Assembly: GCA_050115675.1 (NCBI GenBank)
Contig: JASFQB010000002.1
Coordinates: 68,376 to 132,375, forward strand
DNA length: 64,000 bases
Source: Candidatus Woesebacteria bacterium
GTDB taxonomy: Bacteria; Patescibacteriota; Saccharimonadia; Saccharimonadales; EFPC-124
Direction: 5' to 3'
The notes beneath the pieces were generated by a model. It was not told where the DNA came from, searched no databases, and saw nothing but the letters and a program-made list of their open reading frames with translations. This document shows positions 47,015 to 56,428 of the stretch, piece by piece (position 1 is the stretch's first letter; each line of letters opens with the position of its first letter). A program made the position numbers and the translations under genes.

Positions 47015-47905
47015 GTGGTTAGTGAGATATTTTTAGGAAGTTCTTGGAATGCGCTTGGCGAAAATGTTGTTGTGCAGATTTTGGCAATAATTATTATTGC
47101 GGCACTTGTTCACCTTATGGTGCATGTCAGTATTGAGCAGATAGTGCGCAAGGTGGTTGGTTATGAGTACGAAAGCGGACTTAAAATTAAAATTGGCAAG
47201 GGCTATGCCACAAAGGTCGACGAAGAAAAGCGCGAACAGACGCTGATTTCGCTGTTTCGTACTGCTGCTGCGGTTATTATTTGGATAGTTGCCATTGTAG
47301 TAATTTTGGCAGTATTGCATGTTAATATTGCAGCGCTAATGACAGGCGCAGGTTTGTTTGGTATAGTAATTGGTTTTGGTGCGCAAAATACAATCAAAGA
47401 TTTTTTAGCTGGCATTTTTGTTATTGCCGAAAATCAGTATCGCGTAGGAGATGTTGTTACATTGCGGACATCTGGAGTTGATGTGTCGGGAACGGTCGAA
47501 GATATTACTATTCGTATTACTAAATTACGTGATCTTGATGGCAATTTGCATATTGTTCAAAATGGTACGCCAAGCGTTGTCACAAATCGTACATTTGATT
47601 ACGCGAACGTTAATGTAGACATCGGCGTTGCTTATGAGTCTGATGTTGATCAGGTAGAGCGCGTTATAAATCGTGTTGGCGAGCGCATGGCCGAAGACGA
47701 TAAATGGAGTGAATATATTGTAGAGCCGATCCAGTTTTTGCGTGTTGATGGTTTTGAAGATTCTGCTGTACGCGTAAAAGCATTGGGTAAAGTGCACCCT
47801 GCTATGCAATGGGATGTTGCCGGAGAATTTAGACGTCGTATTAAAAAAGCTTTTGAAAAAGAGGGGATTGCCATTCCGTTTCCGCAGGTTGTTGTTCGTC
47901 GCTAA
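47015..47905 (+). CDS. Small-conductance mechanosensitive channel (MscS family)
   Basis: GFGAQNTIKDFLAGIFVIAENQYRVGDVV core motif, 3 TM + beta domain. Confidence 0.9.
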   Translation: MVSEIFLGSSWNALGENVVVQILAIIIIAALVHLMVHVSIEQIVRKVVGYEYESGLKIKIGKGYATKVDEEKREQTLISLFRTAAAVIIWIVAIVVILAVLHVNIAALMTGAGLFGIVIGFGAQNTIKDFLAGIFVIAENQYRVGDVVTLRTSGVDVSGTVEDITIRITKLRDLDGNLHIVQNGTPSVVTNRTFDYANVNVDIGVAYESDVDQVERVINRVGERMAEDDKWSEYIVEPIQFLRVDGFEDSAVRVKALGKVHPAMQWDVAGEFRRRIKKAFEKEGIAIPFPQVVVRR

Positions 47906-47917
47906 AAATTAGTTTTT

Positions 47918-48310
47918 ATGAATATATTTGATAAAATCAGTGAACTTAATTTGCCTAAAAATTCTTATGTTGTAGTTGGCGGCGGTACGCTAGTGGCGCT
48001 TGGCCTGCTTGATTGGGACGAGGATGTTGATATTTGCGTCGCCCCAGAGATATTTGAACTCTATAAATCTAATGGTTGGCGGCAAGAAAAATGGGGCGAT
48101 AAAATTGTTTTAAAAAATGATGTTTACGATGTGGGTGTTGGTTTTGGTGATTGGACTTTGGCGGATTTGTTAGCTGACTCTATGCTAGTAAACGATATTC
48201 CATTTATTAGCTTAAAAAAACTGCTTCAATGGAAGCAGCGAATGGGGCGCCCAAAAGATTTGCTACATATTGAGCTTATTAAAAAATACATCAAAGAACA
48301 ACAAAAGTAA
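47918..48310 (+). CDS. Hypothetical protein, possibly nucleotidyltransferase fold
   Basis: VVGGGTLVALGL...DEDVDICV resembles the G[SG]...DxD minimal NTase motif. Weak. Confidence 0.45.
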   Translation: MNIFDKISELNLPKNSYVVVGGGTLVALGLLDWDEDVDICVAPEIFELYKSNGWRQEKWGDKIVLKNDVYDVGVGFGDWTLADLLADSMLVNDIPFISLKKLLQWKQRMGRPKDLLHIELIKKYIKEQQK

Positions 48311-48400
48311 AAGATGGCTGATCGCGTATTTAAGTTTTGTTGGCCCCTGCCGTAATTGCATCAATCTAGTGCGCTGACAGGGGCCGTTGTTTGGGTGATC

Positions 48401-49120
48401 TTAGTGTTGTTCGGTCAAAAACTCAGGCTCTTTGCAGTGAGCTGTCTCTGCCATTTGTACTGTGGTGTGGCTTGCGTAGGCTCGCTCGATAGTAAAGCGC
48501 TCTTGTTCAAGTGCAACGCCCAACATGCAGACCTTGCTTAGATCTTCGACTGGGCCCAAAATTCTTGCAGCTGGCTCGCTATAGGTTGTTGTTGGGCTGC
48601 CAAAGCGAACTGTAAAAATCTCCACAGGGGCAACAGCGCTGCTCATGTCACTTGAGTTGGTCCTTGCCTGTATGCTGGCGATGTTATGATCGGGCGGACC
48701 GTCGTAGCTATCTTGCTGCCCAATATACAGACCAAATAGTGAGCGATAGTGCCCTGGCTGCAAGTTATCTAGAGCCAATCTAGCGATATTTTTGCTGCCA
48801 TCAAAAGCTTGTGCTAGTGTAGTCATTCCGTCAATACCCTTATGCATATCCATTACCTCAAGCCTATTTGAATTGTTTGCATACTTTTTGCGTGGATATA
48901 CCGTGTGCGTAAAAGAAACAACATTGCCAGTGGTGCTATACGTCAAAAAACCGGTGTATCGATGTTGTAGCCTGTCGGCAGTTTTTATCACAACTCTTTT
49001 AAAGGTGTCAAATGGAATACCGCATCCGGTAAATTCCATAAGCATACTCCATGCTGGGTATTCTCTTGACAGCCAATACGGACAGGAGCTTTGCGATGGT
49101 CGCAACCCGTTTTTCGACAT
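48401..49120 (-). CDS. Hypothetical protein (G+C-richer orphan)
   Basis: 239-aa ORF; no motif. An 8-bp hairpin at 48342-48385 sits just downstream. Confidence 0.5.
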   Translation of the reverse strand: MSKNGLRPSQSSCPYWLSREYPAWSMLMEFTGCGIPFDTFKRVVIKTADRLQHRYTGFLTYSTTGNVVSFTHTVYPRKKYANNSNRLEVMDMHKGIDGMTTLAQAFDGSKNIARLALDNLQPGHYRSLFGLYIGQQDSYDGPPDHNIASIQARTNSSDMSSAVAPVEIFTVRFGSPTTTYSEPAARILGPVEDLSKVCMLGVALEQERFTIERAYASHTTVQMAETAHCKEPEFLTEQH

Positions 49121-49178
49121 GATATTTATTATATACTATGTAATTTACTAGAGCATAATTATTTGCTTAAATCTACAT

Positions 49179-49646
49179 ATGAATAGCAAATACATTAACA
49201 TTGTTCCAGATTTAACCTTGGTTAGCAGCTTGGCGATTTCTGGGGCATTGAGTTTATTTTTGCCAATATATAAGTTTAATTTTTTGATTATCAATATTTT
49301 AGGGTGGGTTTTGATTGTTGTAAGTATAGTTATTATTTTTCGTACTTTAGCGCTAATTTTGGCTAATAGTCATAGCTCTAACGTCAGTCAAGAGCCATCA
49401 GATCTTATAACGAAAGGGCTATATGCAATAAGTCGAAATCCATTTTATTTGTCTTATGTTTTACTAACTGCTGGTGTTGCCTTGGTATTGGGCTGTTTGG
49501 CGGCATGGGTTGGGCCGGTTATTTGCTTTTTTGTGCTAAACTTTTACGTTATTCCATTTGAAGAATCTAGATTAAAGTTACAGTTTGATAAAAAATATAT
49601 CAAAATGTATGTAATGTGCGCAGATGGCTGTGATACAATACAGTAG
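49179..49646 (+). CDS. Isoprenylcysteine carboxyl / phospholipid methyltransferase family membrane protein
   Basis: LITKGLYAISRNPFYLSYVLLTAGVAL motif; 4 TM. Confidence 0.75.
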   Translation: MNSKYINIVPDLTLVSSLAISGALSLFLPIYKFNFLIINILGWVLIVVSIVIIFRTLALILANSHSSNVSQEPSDLITKGLYAISRNPFYLSYVLLTAGVALVLGCLAAWVGPVICFFVLNFYVIPFEESRLKLQFDKKYIKMYVMCADGCDTIQ

Positions 49647-49675
49647 TTCTGTCTAGTCGACTGTTTGGAGTTGTT

Positions 49676-50263
49676 GTGGATATTGAGGTTGTGCGGTTTT
49701 ACGCATCCGAGTCACGGCTGTCTATCGTTTTTGGCGGAGGATTTAGCTGGAGCTCGCCCGAAGGCAATAGGGTAATGCGCATGCTGCTTCTGTATGTCGA
49801 AGGCCGAGATGACTACGCTGGATTTGGCGCTGGAACAAACTATGTTCAGTTTTATTGTAGGGGAGTTGATACCGCAATCAACTCTAAGGATTTTGTGCAG
49901 CGAGAAGCTAATCAATGTCTCGCAGTGCCTATGCGCCCTAGGGTTAGTAATCTTGATGTAGTAGTTGTAAAAAAAGGTGCAGTTATGATTAAAACACCTA
50001 CATTTGGCCGATGGGATCGAGAGGTAAAAGACCCTAGCTATGCTTATACCACCGTTCAATTTTGGCTTGATACTGCCTATCCGCTAACTATTTTGGATCG
50101 CGACCGCCTTGCTGGGGAGCTGGGCGTTGTAATAACTCGTATCGATAGAGTAAAGCCGAGATATATGATTTGTGCGCATCTTCATTCTAGCGCGGGGTCT
50201 TTGACTCCCTGGAAAACCCTTGATCGAATTTCTAAAGAGGTTGTGCGAATTTTGTCAGAATAG
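49676..50263 (+). CDS. Hypothetical protein (orphan)
   Basis: 195-aa ORF, GTG start after GGAG; followed by a strong terminator. Confidence 0.45.
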   Translation: MDIEVVRFYASESRLSIVFGGGFSWSSPEGNRVMRMLLLYVEGRDDYAGFGAGTNYVQFYCRGVDTAINSKDFVQREANQCLAVPMRPRVSNLDVVVVKKGAVMIKTPTFGRWDREVKDPSYAYTTVQFWLDTAYPLTILDRDRLAGELGVVITRIDRVKPRYMICAHLHSSAGSLTPWKTLDRISKEVVRILSE

Positions 50264-50269
50264 CTAATT

Positions 50270-50306
50270 TAGCGGGAAGAAGCTACATCTTCCCGCTATT
50301 TAATTT
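50270..50306 (+). terminator. Rho-independent terminator
   Basis: TAGCGGGAAGA/TCTTCCCGCTA 11-bp stem then TTTAATTT. Confidence 0.7.
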
Positions 50307-50388
50307 GCATTGCTGTTATTGCGTTTTTATTAGTACGCAGTCATAATTAGCTTAAACGATATTAACTATTATTTACTTTGGGGGATAC

Positions 50389-50919
50389 ATGGCAAACGTC
50401 AATGGCCAAAAAGCTAACGCGGCAGCAATTGTAGTTTTGTGTGTTGCAATTTTGTTGATTGTAGGTGCACTGGGTTGGGTTATTGTAAGTAGCAAAACAA
50501 CAGAGCTAGCTAACGCAAACGCTTGTTCTAATCTTGGCTTAAGTCAGGGTGGAGCGAGTGGTGCCGCAGGTACAATTTATAAGTATGCGGTTATTACAAA
50601 CAATGGCGATACTGACTGTACTTTAACGGGTTTTCCTGCTGTGTTTATGCAAGATTCTAGCGGAATGCAGGTGGGTACTGGCGCAGAAGCCAACTCGCTA
50701 TATTCGCCTCAGTCTGTAACAATAGCCGCGGGTCAACAGGCGCACACGGTGGTTGCCTTTCCTCAATACGGAAACTTTCCAGAGGGATCATGTAGTGGAC
50801 TTGGGTCTTCTATGAAGATATATCTGCCTGGGGTTGCTGACCCATTAACGACAGATTGGCCAGACTATCGTTGTCCTGGATTCTCTGCAACAGCAATTAT
50901 GCCTGGTGCCGAAGAATAA
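50389..50919 (+). CDS. DUF4232-like secreted/anchored protein
   Basis: N-terminal TM, then C..L......GAAGT.Y....TN.GDTDCTLTGFPAV...D..G...C...L.IYLPG, the pattern of the actinobacterial DUF4232 family. Confidence 0.6.
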   Translation: MANVNGQKANAAAIVVLCVAILLIVGALGWVIVSSKTTELANANACSNLGLSQGGASGAAGTIYKYAVITNNGDTDCTLTGFPAVFMQDSSGMQVGTGAEANSLYSPQSVTIAAGQQAHTVVAFPQYGNFPEGSCSGLGSSMKIYLPGVADPLTTDWPDYRCPGFSATAIMPGAEE

Positions 50920-50978
50920 TTATAGCTAGCTTTACTGCTAAACTTTTCAAATTTTGTTAAAGCTATTACACTTATGGT

Positions 50979-52001
50979 ATGTGTACATCTTTTAGAATTC
51001 GTAGTGCAGATCAGGGCGTAGTGGTCGGTCGAACAATGGAATTCGCGATAGATTTAAAATCGCAGCCAACGGTGTTTCCGCGCAATTATAAATATCAGGC
51101 AGTTGGTCCAAATAACGTGCCAGGATTGGCCTGGGAGGGGAAGTATGGCATTGTTGGCATGGACTCATATGGTCAAGATGGATTGAGCGATGGCATAAAC
51201 GAAGCAGGATTGTATTGCGGCGCATTATATTTGCCAGGTTTTACAAAATATCAAGAAGTGCCAGCTGGGCAAGAGTCAAAGGCGGTATCGCAATTAGTTG
51301 ATTTTGTTAAATATATTCTTTCAACCTGTGCAACGGTTGATGAAGTAAAAAATGCAATTAGCAAAATTTATGTCTGGAATATGACCGTGCCTCAAATGTC
51401 TGGGAATATTGAGTTGCACTTTAGCTTATACGATGCTAATGGCGGTTCGATCGTGGTTGAATATATTAATGGCGAGTCAAAAGTCCACGATAATCCAATT
51501 GGCACACTTACAAATTCACCGCCGTTTGAATGGCACATGCTAAATTTGGGTAATTACGTTAACTTGTCGGCAATAAATGTACCAGATGTTAAAATGCCAG
51601 ATTATGACATTAAGGCTATTGGTCAGGGGTCAGGCCTTATTGGGCTTCCTGGGGACTTTACTCCGCCATCGCGTTTTGTGCGCTCTGTTGCATTTACGCA
51701 ATCTGCGTTAGAGCCCTCTACTGCAGAAGACGGCGTGATAACGGCATATCATATTGTAAACAGTTTTGACATTGTTAAGGGTATGGTGCGCGGCAAGCAA
51801 AATGATAAAGATTTTCTTGAATCTACCCAATGGTCGGTTGTTGTTGACCTTAAAAACCGTAAATACTACATTAGATATTATGATCGTCCAATAACATTAA
51901 TGGTAGATTTGACAAATACAAATTTTGAATCTGACAAGATTGTTAGGTTAGTGGCCAAGAACGATCCTTGGTATGTAAACATAGCTAATGACATTAAATA
52001 A
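50979..52001 (+). CDS. Choloylglycine hydrolase family (linear amide C-N hydrolase; BSH/penicillin V acylase type)
   Basis: Ntn nucleophile Cys2 (MCTSFRI); ...GMDSYG...NEAGL...; 340 aa. Confidence 0.85.
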   Translation: MCTSFRIRSADQGVVVGRTMEFAIDLKSQPTVFPRNYKYQAVGPNNVPGLAWEGKYGIVGMDSYGQDGLSDGINEAGLYCGALYLPGFTKYQEVPAGQESKAVSQLVDFVKYILSTCATVDEVKNAISKIYVWNMTVPQMSGNIELHFSLYDANGGSIVVEYINGESKVHDNPIGTLTNSPPFEWHMLNLGNYVNLSAINVPDVKMPDYDIKAIGQGSGLIGLPGDFTPPSRFVRSVAFTQSALEPSTAEDGVITAYHIVNSFDIVKGMVRGKQNDKDFLESTQWSVVVDLKNRKYYIRYYDRPITLMVDLTNTNFESDKIVRLVAKNDPWYVNIANDIK

Positions 52002-52011
52002 AGGGGGGACT

Positions 52012-52215
52012 ATGTCAAAAAGTGAAAATAACATTGTAAAAATTAGCCAAAACCAAGGCGCTAGCGGTTTTGTGCTGTTCATGGCATATATTGGTGCGGT
52101 AGTTTACTTTTTTGGCCAGCAGCCAGATTTTTGGGGATTTATTTTAGCGCTAATTAAGGCAATTGTTTGGCCGGCATTCTTAATAAATAGCGCGTTTAGC
52201 GCGTTGGGTGTTTAG
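52012..52215 (+). CDS. Small membrane protein
   Basis: GGGGGG then ATG 52012; two hydrophobic helices. Confidence 0.45.
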   Translation: MSKSENNIVKISQNQGASGFVLFMAYIGAVVYFFGQQPDFWGFILALIKAIVWPAFLINSAFSALGV

Positions 52216-52261
52216 CGGCTTTCGTCCTGATTTGTAGGACTCGTCAGTATAGCTTTTAGCT

Positions 52262-52290
52262 ATAGAGCCGATTGGAAGTATCGGCTCTAT
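52262..52290. terminator. Bidirectional terminator between convergent genes
   Basis: ATAGAGCCGAT/ATCGGCTCTAT perfect 11-bp stem. Confidence 0.65.
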
Positions 52291-52294
52291 TTAA

Positions 52295-52867
52295 TTATGA
52301 AGGTTGAGAGACAAGCTTGCGCGCCTTTAGCATACTTGTGATGCTGTGCGCGTAATGTGCAGCCCCGATGCTGGCCAGTGCTAGCGCCGGAATGATGAAC
52401 GTGGTGGTTCGAGTAAGCGGGGACGCCTGATGTCCAAATTGCACCATGTAATCCACGTAGTAATATCCGTATGCTGCGATGAGCCACCCAGCGTTCAGCG
52501 AGTATAGAGTTGCGAGAGTCAGTCCAAGAATAGCGATTCCTATGGCCAGAAAAAACCCGGTTGTTTGATCTTCGTTGACCCCGCAGCCGATGTAGTACCC
52601 TTGCTGCGTGCGGCAGGGGTTCCGCACTGTATAGGCCAAGACTCCCATGCTGAGCGACAAGAGCAAAACAACCACGCTAACATACATTTTTGCTGCATTT
52701 TCCTCAGAGGACATGCGTCCTTCGATCCAGCGCCTGCCAAAAACGACGATTGCTAGTAGCGATGCGCAAGCCACAATTGTAGAGAATCCGCATTGCCGAA
52801 CAGCGCCATTGAGGTCGATTTCGATAAGGTAGTTGTTGGGTGGCTCAGTAATAGCCTTGAGTTCCAT
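52295..52867 (-). CDS. Hypothetical polytopic membrane protein (G+C-rich orphan)
   Basis: 190 aa, 5 hydrophobic helices. Confidence 0.55.
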   Translation of the reverse strand: MELKAITEPPNNYLIEIDLNGAVRQCGFSTIVACASLLAIVVFGRRWIEGRMSSEENAAKMYVSVVVLLLSLSMGVLAYTVRNPCRTQQGYYIGCGVNEDQTTGFFLAIGIAILGLTLATLYSLNAGWLIAAYGYYYVDYMVQFGHQASPLTRTTTFIIPALALASIGAAHYAHSITSMLKARKLVSQPS

Positions 52868-53011
52868 TATTAACCTCCAGAAGACGATACTTCCATATAT
52901 TATAATAACATAAAAATGAGAGTTTTCAAGACATTATAATGTTTTGATGTTGCAATAAAATGCTATGATAATATAATTTAGTTGTTGTAAATTCTTCGAG
53001 AGAAATGAAAG

Positions 53012-53632
53012 ATGCGGCGCTTTATTAACAATCACACTGTGCTGGTTTTCGGGGGAATGATGTTTGCCCCTGTTTTGCTGGTTTCGATTATCCTCATGTG
53101 GGTTGCCAGTGACCAATCGGTTAGTGATGAGGCTCAGCTGGCTGACTTTAAGGCAGATGTTGTTAGTGGTTTTGAGCTGACTGAGGGCGAGAACAACCCC
53201 TTCGTTCACGTCGATAAGCCCAGGGAGCATTCTAGGTCTGCAACTGTCTACGAGATTCATGCTGTTGTGAAGCATTGCACTGTTCAGCTTGTGCGATATC
53301 CTTACGAGCCGGATGAAGTTGCTGATAGTCGCGATGGTCGCACTATTGAGCAATATACGCTTGTCGCGGTTGATTGGAAGGACGATCAGGTCTTCGTTGG
53401 CGGTGCTCCAAAATCGCCTACGCCTGATCAGGTTGAACAGCATTTTTTTGGACGACGGTCGCTTTGGCTATTGCCTCAGCTGAACATCAAGCGGTTATCG
53501 TGCGAGGCCTCAATTTGGCCTCGCACTCTTCTTTTTGTAAATATCTATTACCTAGGACAAGAACAAACCTTATCTTGTTTTGCTATTGACGAAACTCGTT
53601 ATGTCGAAAATAACGTGATAAAATGCAATTAA
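53012..53632 (+). CDS. Hypothetical N-terminally anchored protein (G+C-rich orphan)
   Basis: TM helix VLVFGGMMFAPVLLVSIILMWV. The 3' third reads through a terminator hairpin, so the true C-terminus is doubtful. Confidence 0.4.
   Translation: MRRFINNHTVLVFGGMMFAPVLLVSIILMWVASDQSVSDEAQLADFKADVVSGFELTEGENNPFVHVDKPREHSRSATVYEIHAVVKHCTVQLVRYPYEPDEVADSRDGRTIEQYTLVAVDWKDDQVFVGGAPKSPTPDQVEQHFFGRRSLWLLPQLNIKRLSCEASIWPRTLLFVNIYYLGQEQTLSCFAIDETRYVENNVIKCN
53500..53536 (+). terminator. Rho-independent terminator-like hairpin inside the 3' part of ORF 53012-53632
   Basis: GTGCGAGGCC/GGCCTCGCAC 10-bp stem then TCTTCTTTTT. Confidence 0.5.
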
Positions 53633-53661
53633 CGCAAATAAACATAAGGACTATTTGTTTA

Positions 53662-54705
53662 ATGAAGTTATTGCAAAGGTATCTTGATAAAACGATATTA
53701 ACGGTTGTATGTGCTTTATTATTAAGCGCAATTGCAACTACTTTTAACTCGGCAAAAATTATGGCGGCAGATGCAACCGGCGGAAGCAGTTTAGACTCTG
53801 CTATGCAGCTAAGTCCGGGACAATACTATGGGCCAGCTTTGCCGGTTAAACAGTCTGCGTTTTATAAAATATCGTTAAATGCTGGGCAAGAGCTGGTGTT
53901 TGAAGGAACTTTTACCCCTCAAACTACAGAATATGGCGGAACTGCAAATACAATAAAGATTTTTAATCAAGATCGCACAGAGCTGGTCAGTGTGTTTGGT
54001 AGTTCTGGTACGTCAGAAAACATTGTTACGGCAACTACGTTGGCTAGTGCAGAAAAATCAACGCAAATATATTATATTCAGGTTATTGATGAGGCGTGGG
54101 GAACTGCTTCTAGCGTGCTTGATGTCACGGTTAACGATCGCTTTGATGCTGGCTCGGGTACCGACGCAGGTCAAGAGATTGGCAGCGCCTTAAACATCCA
54201 GGCCGGTTCGTTTGATGGCTATGTGTCTAAAGCGGATACAGATGACTTTTATGTCTTGCCGGTTACTGCTGGAAAGCTTTCGGTTAGAGTTGCTCCAAAT
54301 GGCGCAATGACGCCTTATGTTGAATTGTATGATAATAATAAAATTTTAGTTGGTACAACAATGGCGCAAAACGCGGGCGAGACTATAATTTTGACCGGTG
54401 ATGTTGACGGTGGTGTTGCTTACGTTCATATTAAGTGCGATTCAGATACAGGCTGTGGAGATGCTGCAGTAGACTACAAGTTTGATGTTGCAAAAGGCGC
54501 AACATTAACGGCTGACACTTCTTCCTATAGCCAGACTGGTGCAGGCTCTGACGCTGATATTTCTTGGGGTCTGTATGTGGCTGCTGTTGTAGCGTCGGTT
54601 GTGGTGGTGTGCGTAATAACGCTACTTGTTGTAAAACACAACAAAAAGAAAAAGCTTGCGGAGTTTATGTCTGAAGGCGAATCTGATAATCAATCTAAAA
54701 AATAG
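53662..54705 (+). CDS. Secreted, C-terminally anchored protein with two PPC-like (pre-peptidase C-terminal type) beta-domains
   Basis: Signal peptide MKLLQRYLDKTILTVVCALLLSAIATTFNSAKIMA. Repeated ...G.Y.G.....D.DDFYVLPVTAGKLSV... pattern; TM + KKKK tail. Confidence 0.5.
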   Translation: MKLLQRYLDKTILTVVCALLLSAIATTFNSAKIMAADATGGSSLDSAMQLSPGQYYGPALPVKQSAFYKISLNAGQELVFEGTFTPQTTEYGGTANTIKIFNQDRTELVSVFGSSGTSENIVTATTLASAEKSTQIYYIQVIDEAWGTASSVLDVTVNDRFDAGSGTDAGQEIGSALNIQAGSFDGYVSKADTDDFYVLPVTAGKLSVRVAPNGAMTPYVELYDNNKILVGTTMAQNAGETIILTGDVDGGVAYVHIKCDSDTGCGDAAVDYKFDVAKGATLTADTSSYSQTGAGSDADISWGLYVAAVVASVVVVCVITLLVVKHNKKKKLAEFMSEGESDNQSKK

Positions 54706-54872
54706 ATTAGTGGTTTAGTGTGTGATGTTGATGCCGTTATTAAGTTAATGGTTAATAAACTAAAAGGCTATTCCAAGCTAGACGGGCTTGGCTTGCTGCT
54801 TAAAAGAGCGCGGCTGCTGATGAAATAGATGTAAGTCTTAAATACATTTCTGAAGACACTAACAACAATGAA

Positions 54873-55286
54873 GTGTGGCTTTTAGAAGCTGGCTATATTA
54901 TAGAGCGATTACAGGGTGAATATGTCTCTAGCTCGTCAGACGCAAACGCCAGTGGAGATGCTCTTTATGGCAACATAAGCAAGGACATTGAGAGTACGCC
55001 TTTTTTGCATTCAAAATATCATATTCCGCTTGTTATGGAATTTTTAAATGAAGAAAATAAGCTTGGCTTGCGGACATACAAGTATTCGGCTACATACTCT
55101 GCCAATGTTACTCAGCAGTATAGGGATAGCGCTCAGTATACTGGGCAGGATGAAATCATTAGCCAGGGAAAAATACAATCTGGCTTCATCGCTAAGCGGG
55201 TGAAGTATCAGCCCACTGTTTATTATTTGTTCACGAACATTCGATGTGTTGCTCATAAGCTAATTATACTTAATTACCAAGCATAA
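54873..55286 (+). CDS. Doubtful ORF / gene remnant
   Basis: GTG start, no RBS, no motif. Confidence 0.2.
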   Translation: MWLLEAGYIIERLQGEYVSSSSDANASGDALYGNISKDIESTPFLHSKYHIPLVMEFLNEENKLGLRTYKYSATYSANVTQQYRDSAQYTGQDEIISQGKIQSGFIAKRVKYQPTVYYLFTNIRCVAHKLIILNYQA

Positions 55287-55301
55287 TGTTATTATTCTTT
55301 T

Positions 55302-56359
55302 GTGGATATACAAAATAAAGTTGCAGTAATTTTTGCTGGCGGTAGCGGGAAAAGGCTGTGTCCGCTGTCAGTTGCTAAGGTGCCAAAACAGATTAACCCG
55401 ACGCTTTCAAAGGAGTTGATGCTTGTTGAGGCGTATACGCGTGCGTCGCGAGCATTTGATAAAAAAATATTATTGTTGTTACAACAAAACAGTTGCTCAA
55501 AGCAACAAAAAAACTTCTGCCCTTAGACGATAAAAACATTATTGTTCAACCATGTAATGCAGATACGGCTGCGGCCATGTGCTTGGCTGCAATGTATATT
55601 GATGCGCTTTTCCCAGAGAGTGTGGCAGTTTTTATTTACTCTGATCAATACATAGGTGAAGGCGGCAAGTTTTTAAATGCGATAAACTTGGCTGTAGATC
55701 TGGCAGCACAAGAGGATAAGATGATGATCATTGGCACTCGACCCACTTTTGCAAATGTTGGATTTGGTTACGTAAAAATGGGCCAAAAAAGTGGTAAAAA
55801 TGTATATAAAGTTGCAGGTTTTAAAGAAAAGCCTGCCAAGCCAATTGCCGCGAAAATGGTCAAGTCTAACGAGTGGTTGTGGAATACAGGAATTAAAGTC
55901 TGGAAGATTACAACGCTTTTGAGAGCCATGAAAAGCGCAGCTCCAAAAATGTATAGTATGATGTTGCAGCTTAGAGTTGAAATTGGAGGAGGGGATTATT
56001 TAAAAAACTAGAATCGTATTGTGCCAAGTTGCAGCCGTCGTCGTTTGAGTCTGAAATTGCAGCAAAACTGCCGCAGCTATATGTAATGAAAGCGGATTAT
56101 TATTGGGAGGACATTGGTGATTGGCAGACAATTTATAAACTAGCTCAAAAAGATAATCTAGGTAATGTTGTAAAGGTGATAAGTGGTAACGATTCGCAAG
56201 TAAAATTGGTTGAAGCAAAAAAACTTACTTGTTATGTCGACGATTAATCAAAAACTTGTATTAATTGATGTTGATGACATTATTGTTGTTCAAGCCAAGG
56301 ACGCGCTTTTAATCTGCAAAAAAGAAATGACACCTCGAGTGAAAGAGTTTGCAGATTAA
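55302..56359 (+). pseudogene. manC: Mannose-1-phosphate guanylyltransferase-like gene disrupted by three single-A indels
   Basis: Four frame pieces: VAVIFAGGSGKRLCPLS..PKQ / NIIVVTTKQ...NADTAAAM...GFGYVKMG..FKEKP / LESYCAKL...YYWEDIGDW / LVLIDVDDIIVVQAKDALLI. Junctions fall in A7 (55461-55467), A6 (56002-56007) and A7 (56217-56223). Confidence 0.75.
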
Positions 56360-56428
56360 ATATTGTTGTAAAATTTTAAACATTCATTGTGCGAAAAACA
56401 AATAGCTTATGATGTTATACTTTACAAT

